Shown here piece after piece: positions 24,031 through 35,795 of a DNA stretch of 64,000 nt. Where the stretch lies: assembly GCF_004010195.1 (NCBI RefSeq), contig NC_057752.1, positions 3,217,487-3,281,486 of the forward strand. The letters are read 5' to 3'. The notes under the pieces were generated by a model. The model searched no databases. It had not been told where the DNA came from and was given only the letters and a program-made list of their open reading frames with translations. Source of the DNA: Chiloscyllium plagiosum. Taxonomy: Eukaryota. Both the position numbers and the translations under genes were made by a program. Every line of letters starts with the position of its first letter. The stretch's first letter is position 1.

Positions 24031-24352
24031 ACACACACTCACACCCACACATACACACATACACACAAACTGACAGGCACACATACACACAGGAATACAC
24101 ATACACACTTTCACACAAAGACACACGCATACACACACCCCTACATACACACAAACTCACAGGCACAAACACACTCACACACACACTCGCACACATACAG
24201 GCAGACACAGAGGCACACACAGACACACACACAGACACACACACACAGAGGAACACACCCATAGACACACCTCCACCCCCACACACACCCATAGACACAC
24301 ACACGCACACACACATACACTCACACACATAAACTCACAGGCACACACACCT
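24030..24352. repeat. Degenerate (CA)n microsatellite
   Basis: CA-rich low-complexity sequence. Confidence 0.95.
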
Positions 24353-24861
24353 CCCCACAGTGCAGTATTGCCCCAACACTGCCAGCTGAGATTGTTCGGT
24401 TTCAGTCTCAGGACTGGGACTTGAACTAACAATTTTTAGACACAAAGGCAAGAGTCCTACCAATGGCGGGCGGTGAGTTGAGTGTGGTTGGGAATCAGAG
24501 GTCACTTTGGGCCTATTATTCTCAACCACTGGTGTTTCCCTGTCCTCGAGCTGATGACAGAAACAGAATGCTGTAATCAGTGACCATTTGAAGATCAGAT
24601 ATTACTCCTCCAAACCGTGTCCTCTCATTGGCTCTTTACGCCCAAGGGACAAAGCTACGGATAATCTTGAGAAGGAGAGAAAATTCAAAAGATGAATATC
24701 GACAATGCCCTTTGATATAAGAAAGTTATCCTCTCACCCAGAATAATAGTGAGCTCATACGTGGTTGGTAATTAAGACTGAAGTTTTGCAAGAACAGTCA
24801 CGTGTCTTTTAGACCTTTGAATATTTAGGGGCTGGGTGATAGAAATGTATATTGTTGTGAC

Positions 24862-24984
24862 TTGCTCAGAAGGGTCACCAGACCAGAAACGTTAACTCTG
24901 ATTTCTCGCCACAGAGGCTGCCAGACCTGCTGAGCTTTTCCCGCAGCTTCTGCGTTTGTCTCTGATTTCCAGCATCCGCAGTTT
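24862..24984 (+). mobile_element. Penelope terminal fragment
   Basis: GAAGGGTCACCAGACCAGAAACGTTAAC..CTGCCAGACCTGCTGAGCTTTTCC..CCAGCATCCGCAG. Confidence 0.7.
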
Positions 24985-25296
24985 AGATTAGATTCGATTC
25001 CCTACAGTGTGGAAACAGGCCCTTCGGCCCAACCAGTCCACACTGACCCTCCGAAGAGCAACCCACCCAGACCCATTTCCCTCTGATTAATGCACCTAAC
25101 ACTATGGATAATTTAGCATGGCCAATTCACCCTGACCTGCACATCTTTTGGATTATGGGAGGAAACCGGAGCACTCGAAGGAAACCCACGCAGGCACGGG
25201 GAGAATGTGCAAATTCCAGTCGCCCGAGGCTGGAATCGGACCCGGGTCCCTGGTGCTGTGAGGCAGCAGTGCTAACCACTGAGCCATCGTGCCACC
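24984..25296 (-). mobile_element. HE1-like SINE
   Basis: Reverse-complement A/B boxes, TTAGA repeats at the tail. Confidence 0.9.
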
Positions 25297-25326
25297 CCAA
25301 GCACATTGCCCTTGAGCCAGGTAGGA

Positions 25327-25555
25327 CTGGGGAACGTGTGAATCTGATTTTCCGTATTGTCGTGCATGTCTGTCAAGTGAATGGTCCAGGCTGTCAAGGG
25401 GAAGGCCGAGGTTACGAAATCCTCTGGTAAAGTGTCCATTCTGTGACTACAAATGCTGGTGGACGCCATGTTTGAATTGGACAGTGCTGACAGTTTACGC
25501 TCGGAAGAGGAAAGGGCAGAAGGGCTGAAGGAAAACAGATTCACACGTTCCCCAG
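25327..25555. repeat. Isolated 26-27 bp inverted repeat, 176-nt spacer
   Basis: CTGGGGAACGTGTGAATCTGATTTTCC (25327-25353) vs GGAAAACAGATTCACACGTTCCCCAG (25530-25555), one indel. Confidence 0.85.
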
Positions 25556-25964
25556 CCCGCATTCGGAGGACAGCTCATTGTTTATTCAATTGCAAGAACT
25601 AGCTTCTAAGAAGAAAACTCAGAAATTGTCTTTGTGGACACAACAGAGAGTAAATATTACTTAGGCGGCCGCACATCATCACCTATTGAGATGTTTCAAG
25701 ATTAAGGAGGTTGGAGAACCCAGTGACAATTTCCACCAGTACCTTCTCAGTTGTAAATAAGAGGGTTGATGCAATACACCTCGCTGTGGGCTGATTATAG
25801 AGCACCACTGCAACGTGCTAACATGCAGTGTGTCTATAACCTCTACTTTTAGCTTCGAGATATTTATTATTGCGGAAGAAAGGACCAGAAAAACAAGCAC
25901 AATGCGTACTTGCTCCGAGCAGTTACAGCAGTTTTTTACCTCATTTCTCAAATGTTATTTGGTC

Positions 25965-26665
25965 ACAGAGTCATCGAGATGTACAGCACAGAAGCAAACC
26001 CTTCAGTCCAACGCGTCCATGCCGACCAGATATCCCAACCTAACCTAGTCCCATTTGCCAGCACTTGGCCCATGTCCCTCCAGATCCTTCCTATTTATAT
26101 ATCCATCCAGATGCCTTTTAAATGTTGTCATTGTACCAGCCTCCATCACTTCCTCTGGCAGCTCATTCCATACACGTACCACCCTCTGTGTGAAAAAGTT
26201 GCTCTTCAGGTCCCTTTTATATCTTTCCCCTCTCACCCTAAACCTATGCCCTCTAGTTCTGGACCCCCCACCCCAGGGAAAAGACTTTGTCTATTTATCC
26301 TATCCAAGCCCCTTCATGATTCTGTAAGGTCACCCCTCAGCCTCCGACGCTCCAGGGAAAACAGCCCCAGCCTGTTCAGCCTCTCCCTCGAGCACAAATC
26401 CTCCAACCCTGGCAACATCCTTGTAAATCTTTTCTGAACCCTTTCAAGTTTCACAACCTCCTTCCTATAGCAGGGAGACCAGAATTGCACACAATACTCC
26501 AGAAGTGGACTAAACAGTGTCCTACACAGCTGCAACATGACCTCCCAATGTCTATGCACTGACCAATAAAGGAAAGCATACCAAACACCTTCTTCACTAT
26601 CCTATCTACCTGGGACTCTACTTTCAATGAGCTATGAACCCGCATTCCAAGGTCTCTTCCTTCAG
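25965..26665 (-). mobile_element. CR1 LINE ORF2 3' fragment
   Basis: [34 protein letters not shown]. Confidence 0.95.
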
Positions 26666-26863
26666 CACTGAGATCCAAGGGTTGAAAACATACTCTTGTG
26701 TGAGTTCATGTGCTGCCATGTATTTCCCACTGAGGAATTTGATTTGAACCAAGGGGAGGGGAAAATCCAAAATACATTTGCTGACTTTTGTTTTGTGTAG
26801 GATAGTACACATCAAACCCAGTAGTAATTCTATCGTAGGGCTCTAACGTTCACTGTTTCCTGA

Positions 26864-27616
26864 GCTTGCGTCAATTGATTCAGTCTGGGGAGTCTCCCAA
26901 CTAGTTGCCATTGTCTGTGGACATAACAGGAAATTGCCTTCATCTCCCACAATCTGCCAATCTGGCTCAGATTTGGGAGAGTCTTTCCTACTTGTACGTG
27001 TATGGAATGAGCTGCCAGAGGAAGTGGTGGAGGCTGATACAATTACAACATTTAAGAGGCATTGGGATGGGTAGGTGAATAGGAAGGGTTTGGGCCGGGT
27101 GCTAGCAAGTGGGACTAGATTGGGTTGGGGTATCTGGTCACCATGGACGGGTTGGACCGAAGGGTCTGTTTCCATGCTGTACATCTCTATGACTCTATAA
27201 CTACAACTGCAGTGGCCCCTTCTGATTTTCTCGCTCTTGGCTTGCGTCAATTGATTCAGTCTGGGGAGTCTCCCAACTAGTTGCCATTGTCTGTGGACAT
27301 AACAGGAAATTGCCTTCATCTCCCACAATCTGCCAATCTGGCTCAGATTTGGGAGAGTCTTTCCTACTTGTACGTGTATGGAATGAGCTGCCAGAGGAAG
27401 TGGTGGAGGCTGATACAATTACAACATTTAAGAGGCATTGGGATGGGTAGGTGAATAGGAAGGGTTTGGGCCGGGTGCTAGCAGGTGGGACTAGATTGGG
27501 TTGGGGTATCTGGTCACCATGGATGGGTTGGACCGAAGGGTCTGTTTCCATGCTGTACATCTCTATGACTCTATGACTACAACTGCAGTGGCCCCTTCTG
27601 ATTTTCTTCGCTCTTG
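26864..27616. repeat. 376-bp near-identical tandem duplication, each unit containing a CR1 3' end
   Basis: GCTTGCGTCAATTGATTCAG starts at 26864 and at 27240. Confidence 0.95.
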
Positions 27617-27928
27617 TCACGCCGTTGGATGTCCGTGCTGAGAAAATGAACCTTTGCCTCAAGTCAGGCAACCCAACGGAAAGACGATGCGAACCTTGAA
27701 AGGGTTTGATGGCGGCCAATGGTGTGGAGGTGCCGGTGTTGGACTGGGGTGGACACGGTCAGACGTCACACGCCACCAGGTTATCGCCCAGCTTTCGGAG
27801 CGCTGCCCCTCCGTCAGGTGAAGTCACTTGACAATTCACACATGAAGATTTCCAAATCCCTCTGCTCTGCAGCTTGCTGCAGTCTTACTCTGTCGAAATA
27901 ATAGTCAGCTCCTCTATTCTTCCTGCCA

Positions 27929-28127
27929 AATGTGTTGCTGGAAAAGCGCAGCAGGTCAGGCAGCATCCAAGGTGCAGGAAAATCGGCGTTTCGGGCATAA
28001 GCCCTTCTTCAGGCTTATGCCCGAAACGTCGATTCTCCTGCTCCTTGGATGCTGCCTGACCTGCTGTGCTTTTCCAGCAACACATCTTTCAGCTCTGATC
28101 TCCAGCATCTGCAGTCCTCACTTTCTC
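27929..28127. mobile_element. Penelope-like hairpin insertion, 15-bp TSD
   Basis: TSD CTATTCTTCCTGCCA (27914-27928 / 28128-28142); ~70-bp inverted arms; hammerhead-like CUGAAGAAGGGCUUAUGCCCGAAACGCC on the minus strand. Confidence 0.87.
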
Positions 28128-28282
28128 CTATTCTTCCTGCCAGACAATCTCACATTTCTATTCCATCGGGCCAGGTTTGCTTGCTGACTCACTTAACCTG
28201 TCGGTATCCCTCTGCGGACTTTTACTGTCACCCTCACCCCTTGCCTTCTTGCCTGTCGTGTGTAAACTTGGTGAAAGTACAC

Positions 28283-28584
28283 TGTGACGATGTTGCTCGT
28301 TTCACAAGGTTATGTCAGCTTTGGGTTTTTTTTTTCTTTTCAGGTGGTTGTAACAACAGTCGGGGTGTTTGAATGATTTAGGGCCAGTAGCTAACAGATA
28401 CTGGCTCAGGCAAAAGGCTTTTAAGTTTAAAATAAAACATGTACAATGAAAGGGGAGTGGCCAGCTCTCCCAGCTCAGCTTTCCTCTGGATTGATTTGGT
28501 TTTTGGATTTCTGGCTGTTCACTGAAAGCAGTCAGTGAGACTACTGATCCAAGACACAGCTCCATGGAAGAGGGTGTCCCACAC

Positions 28585-28617
<33 letters not shown>

Positions 28618-29060
28618 CTGTCAAACCCTGTGTTTGATTTTACCTTTTTTTGCCAAGGGGTGTTTATGGGGATTGTTGCAAGCATTTGAAACAGCTTCGT
28701 TACGTTGGGATGATCTGTTGGGGTTAAGTTATTCGGTATTCTGGTCTCTTTTGTCTGCTGTCAGACCCAGTGTTTGATTTTACCTTTTTTTGCCAAGGAG
28801 TGTTTATGGGGAATGTTGCAGGAATTTGGAACAGCTTCATTACGTTGGAATGATCTGTTGGGGTTAGGTTATTCGGTATTCTGGTCTCTTTTGTCTGTGT
28901 TTCATTCGGTAATCTTGTAAATAAATTCTGTGTTGTGTAAAACTAAGTAGTCTGACCAGCTCATCCCTCCTGGAATATCTACTTTACACCTGCTTAAAAC
29001 AACGAGCATCGTTAGGGTCTGGGCTACTTTCTTGAAATGTTTCGAGGGGGATTGGCCTGA
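28283..29060 (+). mobile_element. LTR-like element (TGTGACGATG family) with internal ~140-bp duplication and (CT)n
   Basis: Starts TGTGACGATG; AATAAA at ~28920; homologous to 30703-31020 and 38040-38509; 28627-28760 repeated at 28766-28900. Confidence 0.7.
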
Positions 29061-29459
29061 ATATTCACGCTAGTCTTTAAAGTCCCAAATGTATATTGTA
29101 GATAATAATGACCCCTGATTAGGAAGCTCCATTCCTTCAGTTGAATTTTCCCTTCAAGGATGGCACCATTGGGTCCTTCTGGAAAAGGACTGGCTTGGTC
29201 AGATGCCTGTTTTTTTTCTCCCCCAGCCTTTATCCTATTGAATAGTGAAGAGATAGCCATTTATATCATTTTCATATCATTTTTAGTCTAAGGTTTTAGC
29301 CTAAACTTGTTTCTGATGGATTTGAAGGTACCTGGTGAGAAACTGCAAGATTTAAAAGCGGATTCTTGGGATATGGACGCCACTCAGTGTGAAAGGACAC
29401 ACTTTCCTTGCTTAATTATCCCAGAGATGGAAGGGACGAGTTATCTTATCAAAAAAAAT

Positions 29460-29746
29460 GGGTGGCACTGTGGCTCAGTGGTTAGCACGGCTGCCTCACA
29501 GCACCAGGAACCCGAGTTCAATTCCAGCCTCGGGTGACTGTCTGTGTGGGGCTTGCACATTCTCCCAGTGCCTGCATGGGTTTCCTCCGGGTGCTCTGGT
29601 TTCCTCCCAGGGTCCAAAGATGTGCAGGTTAGGTGAATTGGCCACGCTAAATTGCCCATAATGTTAGGTGCATTTGTCAGAGGGAAATGGGTCTGGGTGG
29701 GTTAGTCTTCAGAGGGTTGGTGTGGACTGGTTGGGCCACACTGTAG
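29460..29746 (+). mobile_element. HE1-like SINE
   Basis: A-box TGGCTCAGTGG, B-box GAGTTCAATTCC. Confidence 0.9.
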
Positions 29747-29797
29747 GTCATCTCGTCATATCATCATTTTGCCCCATCTGTGGCCACTAGGAAAGGT

Positions 29798-30235
29798 TAA
29801 AATCCCACAACACCAGATTATAGTCCAACAGGTTTATTTGAAAGCACTAGCTTTCGGAGCGCTGCTCCTTCATCAGGAAGCCAGTGGAGCAGGAATATAA
29901 GACAAAGAATTTGCAGCAAAAGATCACAGTGTCATGCAACTGAAATGCAATCTTGAATGAACCTAGATTGCTTTTAAGTCTTTCATCGTTTGGAATAAGT
30001 TGCAGGTTTAGGTTGAGGTTGTAGGCTTAATTTGCAGCAATCTTGATTTGTTCAATATATCATTTCAGTTGTAATCTTTTGCTATAAATTCTGTGTCACA
30101 TATTCCTGATCCACAGCTACCTGATGAAGGAGCAGCTCTCCGAAAGCTAGTGCTTCCAAATAAACCTGTTGGACTATAACCTGGTGTTGTGTGATTTTTA
30201 ACTTTGTCCACCCCAGTCCAACACTGGCTCCTCCA
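29798..30235. mobile_element. Penelope-like hairpin insertion with two hammerhead motifs, 13-bp TSD
   Basis: TSD CACTAGGAAAGGT (29785-29797 / 30236-30248); ~180-bp inverted arms. Confidence 0.87.
30118..30152 (+). ncRNA. Minimal hammerhead ribozyme motif
   Basis: UAC-CUGAUGA-A-GGAG(CAGCU)CUCC-GAAA-GCUA-GUG; palindromic AGCU; mirror copy on the minus strand at ~29844-29878. Confidence 0.65.
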
Positions 30236-30702
30236 CACTAGGAAAGGTGTAAATGCATTCGAGAGAGTGCAGAGAGGATTCACAAGAATGCTTCCAGGGG
30301 TGAGTCGCTTTGATGGGAGAAGATTGGGATAGCATTGCTGAAAACCATAAGAGGTCTGGACAGAGTAGACAGAGAGAGAGAGAGACTATTCCCACAGTGT
30401 GGGGGGAGAATCGGGAAGCAGAGTCAAAGAGTCATACAGATACAGTCAGATTTAAAAGGAATGGCAAAAGAAGTGAAGGTGACATGAGGAGAGAAACATC
30501 CTTTTTCATCAGCAAGCCATGGAATGTACTGCCTGAGTGGTGGAGGTCAATTCAGTTGTGACTTTTAAACGGGAATTGGGGATGCAATAGTCTAGTGGCA
30601 TTATCACTGGGTTGTGAATCCAGAGATCTGGGTAATGCTCTGGGGAGCTGGGTTCACACCCCACCATGGCAGATGGTGGAATTTGAATTCAATAAAGAAT
30701 CT

Positions 30703-31020
30703 GTCTGATGATGCTGCTCCTTTAACAAGGTTAGGTTGTCCTTGGGTTTCTTTTTTCAGAGAGGTCATAAATGACACAGACCCTGAAAAGTCTACGTTTG
30801 AAGGGTTTGAAGGTCATTTTGATTATAGCTAACAGATACTGCCTGAGACAGAGGGCTTTCAAGTTAAAAAAGAAACACTTGTACAATGAAAGGGGCGTGG
30901 CCAGCTCTCCCAGCTCTGCTTTTCTCTGGATTAATTAGTTTTTTACCAGTATGGCTATTCACTGAAAGCAGTCCGACAGTTTTAAAAAGCTGCTGGACCC
31001 AAAGAAGCAGGAAGTTGTTT
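30703..31020 (+). mobile_element. LTR-like fragment (same family as 28283)
   Basis: GATGCTGCTCCTTTAACAAGGTT...GCTAACAGATACT...GTACAATGAAAGGGG.GTGGCCAGCTCTCCCAGCTC. Confidence 0.7.
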
Positions 31021-31930
31021 CAGGTCACATGCCCGAGAAAGGCTGAATCGCCTCTCTGCCTTGGCCAGCTTCGATCTGAAAGGTAAGTCGAACAAAACTC
31101 AGCTTTGAATTCTGTGTGCGCCAGTTTTTGTGTCTTGGTTAACAAGGTCACATCGTATTCCCACATGCGGTTTCCACTCCGGGTGAAGTCATGAACCACA
31201 AAGCTGTCTTGGAGTCCAGAAAGGGGACCTGAATTGTTCGACTTGACATTCTACATGAAAGTCTTTGACTTTCGCCTTCCCTGCAATGACATTGTTGAGG
31301 TACCAGCAGCTTAGGACGCAACGTTTCCCACAGCTTTTGATATCTCCTGTCTGTACTTATCCTCACAAACGTCAATCAAAATACTTTTCTGATAGTCATA
31401 CAGCTCTTAAATTGAGCCATCCTGCCACCATTTCAGTCTGCTATCCTTCTGAATAAAAATTACTTCCACCTTCAGATAACAAAATATATATTGAAGCGGG
31501 AGATTATTGTCCAAAAACAGCAAAGAGCTGTATAAAATATGTAACACGTTGGGTTTATGTATGTCTCAGACTATCACTTGATTCTTCTGCATTGTATATG
31601 CTCATTTGTGGAACACTGTTGTTCATTCCTGCCACTCTCAATTAGCTTCTCACACAATGCACCATGTATTTTAGCCCCCTGTTTGCTGATTCACACCACA
31701 CAGGTGCCCACATTTGAGAGTGCAGCAGTCAGATTGGCTGGGGCTTTAAGAGGAGCATTTTGCCCCGGTTTCTGTGAAGAGAGGCTTTAAGGTGGATGCA
31801 CTGAGCTGGCTAGTGAAGCCCAGAAAGTAAATAGCTCAGGGAGGCCTTCAGTTTCTTTTAAAAAGTTGGAACAATAGAAGCAGCCCAACTGGGCATGGAC
31901 AGCTCTCACAGAACCAGGATTTCTCATTTT

Positions 31931-32241
31931 TAGATGAGATTACATTCCCTACAATGTGGAAACAGGCCCATCAGCCCAACCAGTCCACACCAATCCTCCG
32001 AAGAGTAACCCACCCAGACCCGCTTCCATCTGACTAATGCACCTAACATTATGGGCAATTTACCATGGCCAATTCACCTGGCCTACACATCGTTTAGATT
32101 GTGGGAGGAAACTGGAACAAATCCACACAGACACAGGGAGAACGTGCAAACTCCACACAGACAGTTGCCCGACGCTGGAATCGAACCTGGGTCCCTGGTG
32201 CTGTGAGGAAGCAGTGCTAACCACTGAGCCACCGTGCCACC
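31931..32241 (-). mobile_element. HE1-like SINE
   Basis: Reverse-complement A/B boxes. Confidence 0.9.
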
Positions 32242-32242
32242 C

Positions 32243-32500
32243 TTAGGAGCAGAAATTAGGCCACTCAGCCCATCGAGCCTGCTCCGCCATTCAATCATGG
32301 CTGATAAGTTTCTCAACCCCATTCTCCCGCGCTCTCCTCGTAACCCTGGATCCTCTTGACGATCAAGAACTTGTCTATCTCAGTCTTATAGACACTTAAT
32401 GACCGGGCCTCCACAGCTTCTGTGGTAATGAATTCCCCAGATTCCCTACTCTCTGGCTGAAGAAGTTTCTCCTTATTGCCGTTCTAAAAAGTCTTCCCTT
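32243..32500 (-). mobile_element. CR1 3' UTR fragment
   Basis: TAGGAGCAGAAATTAGGCCACTCAGCCCATCGAGCCTGCTCCGCCATTCAATCATGGCTGAT. Confidence 0.8.
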
Positions 32501-32671
32501 TTTAAACTTTGAGATTCAGCATCAGTTGCTGTTGGGGTCTCAACAGAGTTGGAAGCTGCAGTGAAAGGCTCCTAACTGCTTGGTATTTGTTTCTCCTCTC
32601 TCTGCTACTGGGTTGATGTGAGAAAATCTGATTTCTAAATTTGCCTTTTATGCCAAGGGGTGTGTTTATGG

Positions 32672-32995
32672 GATTAGATTAGATTAGATTAGATTACTTA
32701 CAGTGTGGAAACAGGCCCTTCGGCCCAACAAGTCCACACCGACCCGCCGAAGCGCAACCCACCCATACCCCTACATTTACCCCTTACCTAACACTACGGG
32801 CAATTTAGCACGGCCAATTCACCTGACCTGCACATCTTTGGACTGTGGGAGGAAACCGGAGCACCCGGAGGAAACCCACGCAGACACGGGGAGAACGTGC
32901 AAACTCCACACAGTCAGTCGACTGAGGCGGGAATTGAACCCAGGTCTCTGGCGCTGTGAGGCAGCAGTGCTAACCACTGTGCCACCGTGCCGCCC
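32672..32995 (-). mobile_element. Young full-length HE1-like SINE
   Basis: 5' GGGCGGCACGGTGGCACAGTGG, intact B-box GGTTCAATTCC, (TCTAA)n tail. Confidence 0.95.
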
Positions 32996-33044
32996 ATAAT
33001 GTTACTATATTGGAACAGTTAACTTAGTAACAACTAATGTTTCT

Positions 33045-33652
33045 CATAGAATCCCTAGTGTAGAAACAGGCCATTCAGCTCAACAAGTCCACTCCAACCC
33101 ACCAAAGAGTAACCCACCTAGACCCATTCCCCGACTCTATTATCCTATATTTACCCCTGATTAACGCACCTAACCTACACATTGGGGCTCAGTGGTTAGC
33201 ACTGCTGCCTCACAGCACCAGCGACCCAGGTTCAATTCCAACCTCGGGCAACTCTCTCTGTGGAAATTGGACGTTCCCCCCGTGTCTGGGTGCTCTGGTT
33301 TCCTCCCACAGTCCAAAGATGTGCAGGTTAGGTGGATTGGCCATGCTAAATTGCCCATTAGTCAGAGGGAAATGGGCCTGGGTGGGTTACTCTTCGGAGG
33401 GTCGGTGTGGATTTGCGGGGCCGAAGGGCCTGTTTCCACACTGTCGGGGAATCTAATCTAATCCCTGAACAGTATGGGGCAATTTAGCACAGCCAATTCA
33501 CCTAATCTACACCTTTTACTTGGAGGAAACCGGAGCAAACCCGCATAGACATGGGGAGAATATGCAAACTCCACACAGACAGACGCCCGAGGTTGGAATC
33601 GAACCCGGATCCCTGCCGCTGTGAGGCAGCAGTGCTAACCACTGAGCCACCA
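33045..33652. mobile_element. Minus-strand SINE interrupted by a plus-strand SINE (33186-33462)
   Basis: Host rejoins as GCACCTAACCTACACAT+CCCTGAACA; the insert has its own A/B boxes and AATCTAATCTA tail. Confidence 0.85.
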
Positions 33653-34819
33653 TTTCTGTAAAGTTTCCCAATAGAGTTAAGTTATTTTAAGTTTTGATGT
33701 GGAGGTGCCGGTGTTGGACTGGGGTTGGACAAGGTCAGAAGTCACACGACTCCAGATTACGGTCCAACAGGTTTATTTGAAATCACCAACTTTTGGAGGA
33801 CTTTTGTCTTCTGGGGTCTCAGTTTTCAATTAAAATTGCTGTCAGGCTGGGCCCTCTTTCGCTGGACCCAAACAGCTTTAGGCAGCCAGTTGAAGTGCCT
33901 GTTCAGAAGCTTCAAAATTGAAAAGGTGAACAGTTTTTGGAAGCGGGCAATTTTTAACCGCTCAGGTTCCAAGCTAAAGTGATGAAAAGAAACCTGAACA
34001 GCCCCATCCAGTAAAGGGCTCAACAGTACTCCTCTACATTGACAGGAAGGTATTGTAAAGAGTTAATGCGAGGATGGAAGTAGGATAGTTTCCATCGTCT
34101 TCAGGAAGTGATGTAAGATCACATGACTTATAAGAGCTGGTTCTTTCTTGCAGTCTTGTGGCCCTGCAAGTAGAATTTATTTACGCCAATTAAGATCACA
34201 TAGTATTATTGGCATTTGTCTTTGCAATCTTGCCTTTAGAATGTGACTTTCAAAGACAGGTTTGAAACGGGATTCATTGGGACCCCTATCAACCTGTAAT
34301 CTGTAAATTGCCCCATCACTCTCAGACGTATGCGTCTAATTCTCTTTCATTTGCATTTTTATTGAAAAGAAACGAGCATTAGCTCAGCAGGAATTTAAAC
34401 CTCTGCTGGGTGAATCACTTCATCGTTACATCTGGTGCTTAATTTTTAATAACATTTCAAATAAAAAAGGCTGATAAGCTTTTAAGCAATAACACTCTTC
34501 ATTCTGCACTCAATTAAATTAAAAGAAAATGAAACATTTTAGATCATCCATTGTTTCACTTCAAATTAAAGTGACAGCACAGATAACAGCAAAAGAATTG
34601 ATTCATGCCAAAAGGAAATGGACACCTGTTACTTTAATGAGTGCTCAAATCTCAAATCTATTTCTTTAGCAAGAAAGAGCCTGTGTTCATTTAGAGTCAC
34701 ACCACAGGGGAACGCTCTTTCTGATAGCAAATGGGATGAATGACCAGATAACTTGCTGATGATGGGGCTAGCTGAGGGGATGATGGTGGTCAGAACACTA
34801 GAACGTCCTGAACAAAATC

Positions 34820-34952
34820 CCCCAAGACCTGCAGATGCTGGAAATCAGAAACAAAAACAGAAGTTGCTGGAAAAGCTCAGCGGGTCCGGCAGCATCCGGT
34901 GGAGAGAAATCGGGAGTTAACGTTTCGGGTGCGGTGACCCTTCCTCAGAATT
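34820..34952 (-). mobile_element. Penelope terminal fragment with intact hammerhead core
   Basis: Minus strand UU-CUGAGGA-A-GGGU(CACCGC)ACCC-GAAA-CGUU-AA at 34916-34950. Confidence 0.7.
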
Positions 34953-35191
34953 GATGGGAGCTCGGAAAATGTTGGTTTTAGGGTGAGGGAGAAGGAGGTA
35001 AGGAAGAAATTATCGGTGGAGATCGAGCAAGGTGCACTGATGGCTAGAACGCCCTGCTCTGACAAGCTGACCAACGTTAGAAAAGGCAGGCAGGATGTTG
35101 ATTTAAATCCTCAAAGTGCCTTACCTTCCTCAAACGATAACAGCGTCTCCTACAGCGCAGAACTCCTGTGGGTCTTCCTAGCGAGAGGATT

Positions 35192-35795
35192 GGAGTAGGG
35201 ACGTCTTGCTGCAGTTATACAGGGCCTTGGTGAGGCCACTCCTTGAGTACTGTGTGCAGTTTTGGTCTCCCAGTCTGAGGAAGGACATTCTTGCTATTGA
35301 GGGAGTCCAGTGAAGGTTCACTAGACTGATTCCCAGGATGGCGGGAATGACGTATGAGGAAAGACTGGATCGACTGGACTTGGATTCACTGGAATTTAGA
35401 AGAATGAGGGGGGCCTTCGTAGAAACATATGAAATCCTGATGGGACTGGACAGGCTAGATATAGGAAGAATGTTCCTGATGTTGGGCAAGTCCAGAACTA
35501 GGGATCACACTAACAATGAGGGATAAGCCATTCAGAACCAAAATGAGGAAGAATTTCTTTGCTCAGAGATTTGTGAACCTGTGGAATTCTTTCCCACGGA
35601 AAGCTGATGGGGTCAGTTTGTTTGATATATTCAAGAGGGAGCTGGATGTGGCCCTTGCAGCTAAAGGGATCAAAAGATATGGAGAGAAAGCGGGAGTGGG
35701 ATATAGAGGTTGCATGATCAGTCACGATCCTATTGAATGGCGGTGCAGGCTCGAAGGGCTGAATGGCCTCCTCCTGTACCTATTCTCTATGTTTC
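35192..35795 (+). mobile_element. CR1 LINE ORF2 3' fragment (second subfamily)
   Basis: GMTYEERLDRLDLDSLEFRRMRG..ETYEIL; FAQRFVNLWNSFP. Confidence 0.92.

Noticed and set aside
22976..24332. Long ORFs of 229-426 aa
   Set aside because: Artefacts of reading through the N gap and low-complexity repeats
26843..27719. Repeat-containing 172-191 aa proteins
   Set aside because: Antisense read-through of the 376-bp duplication and CR1 tail
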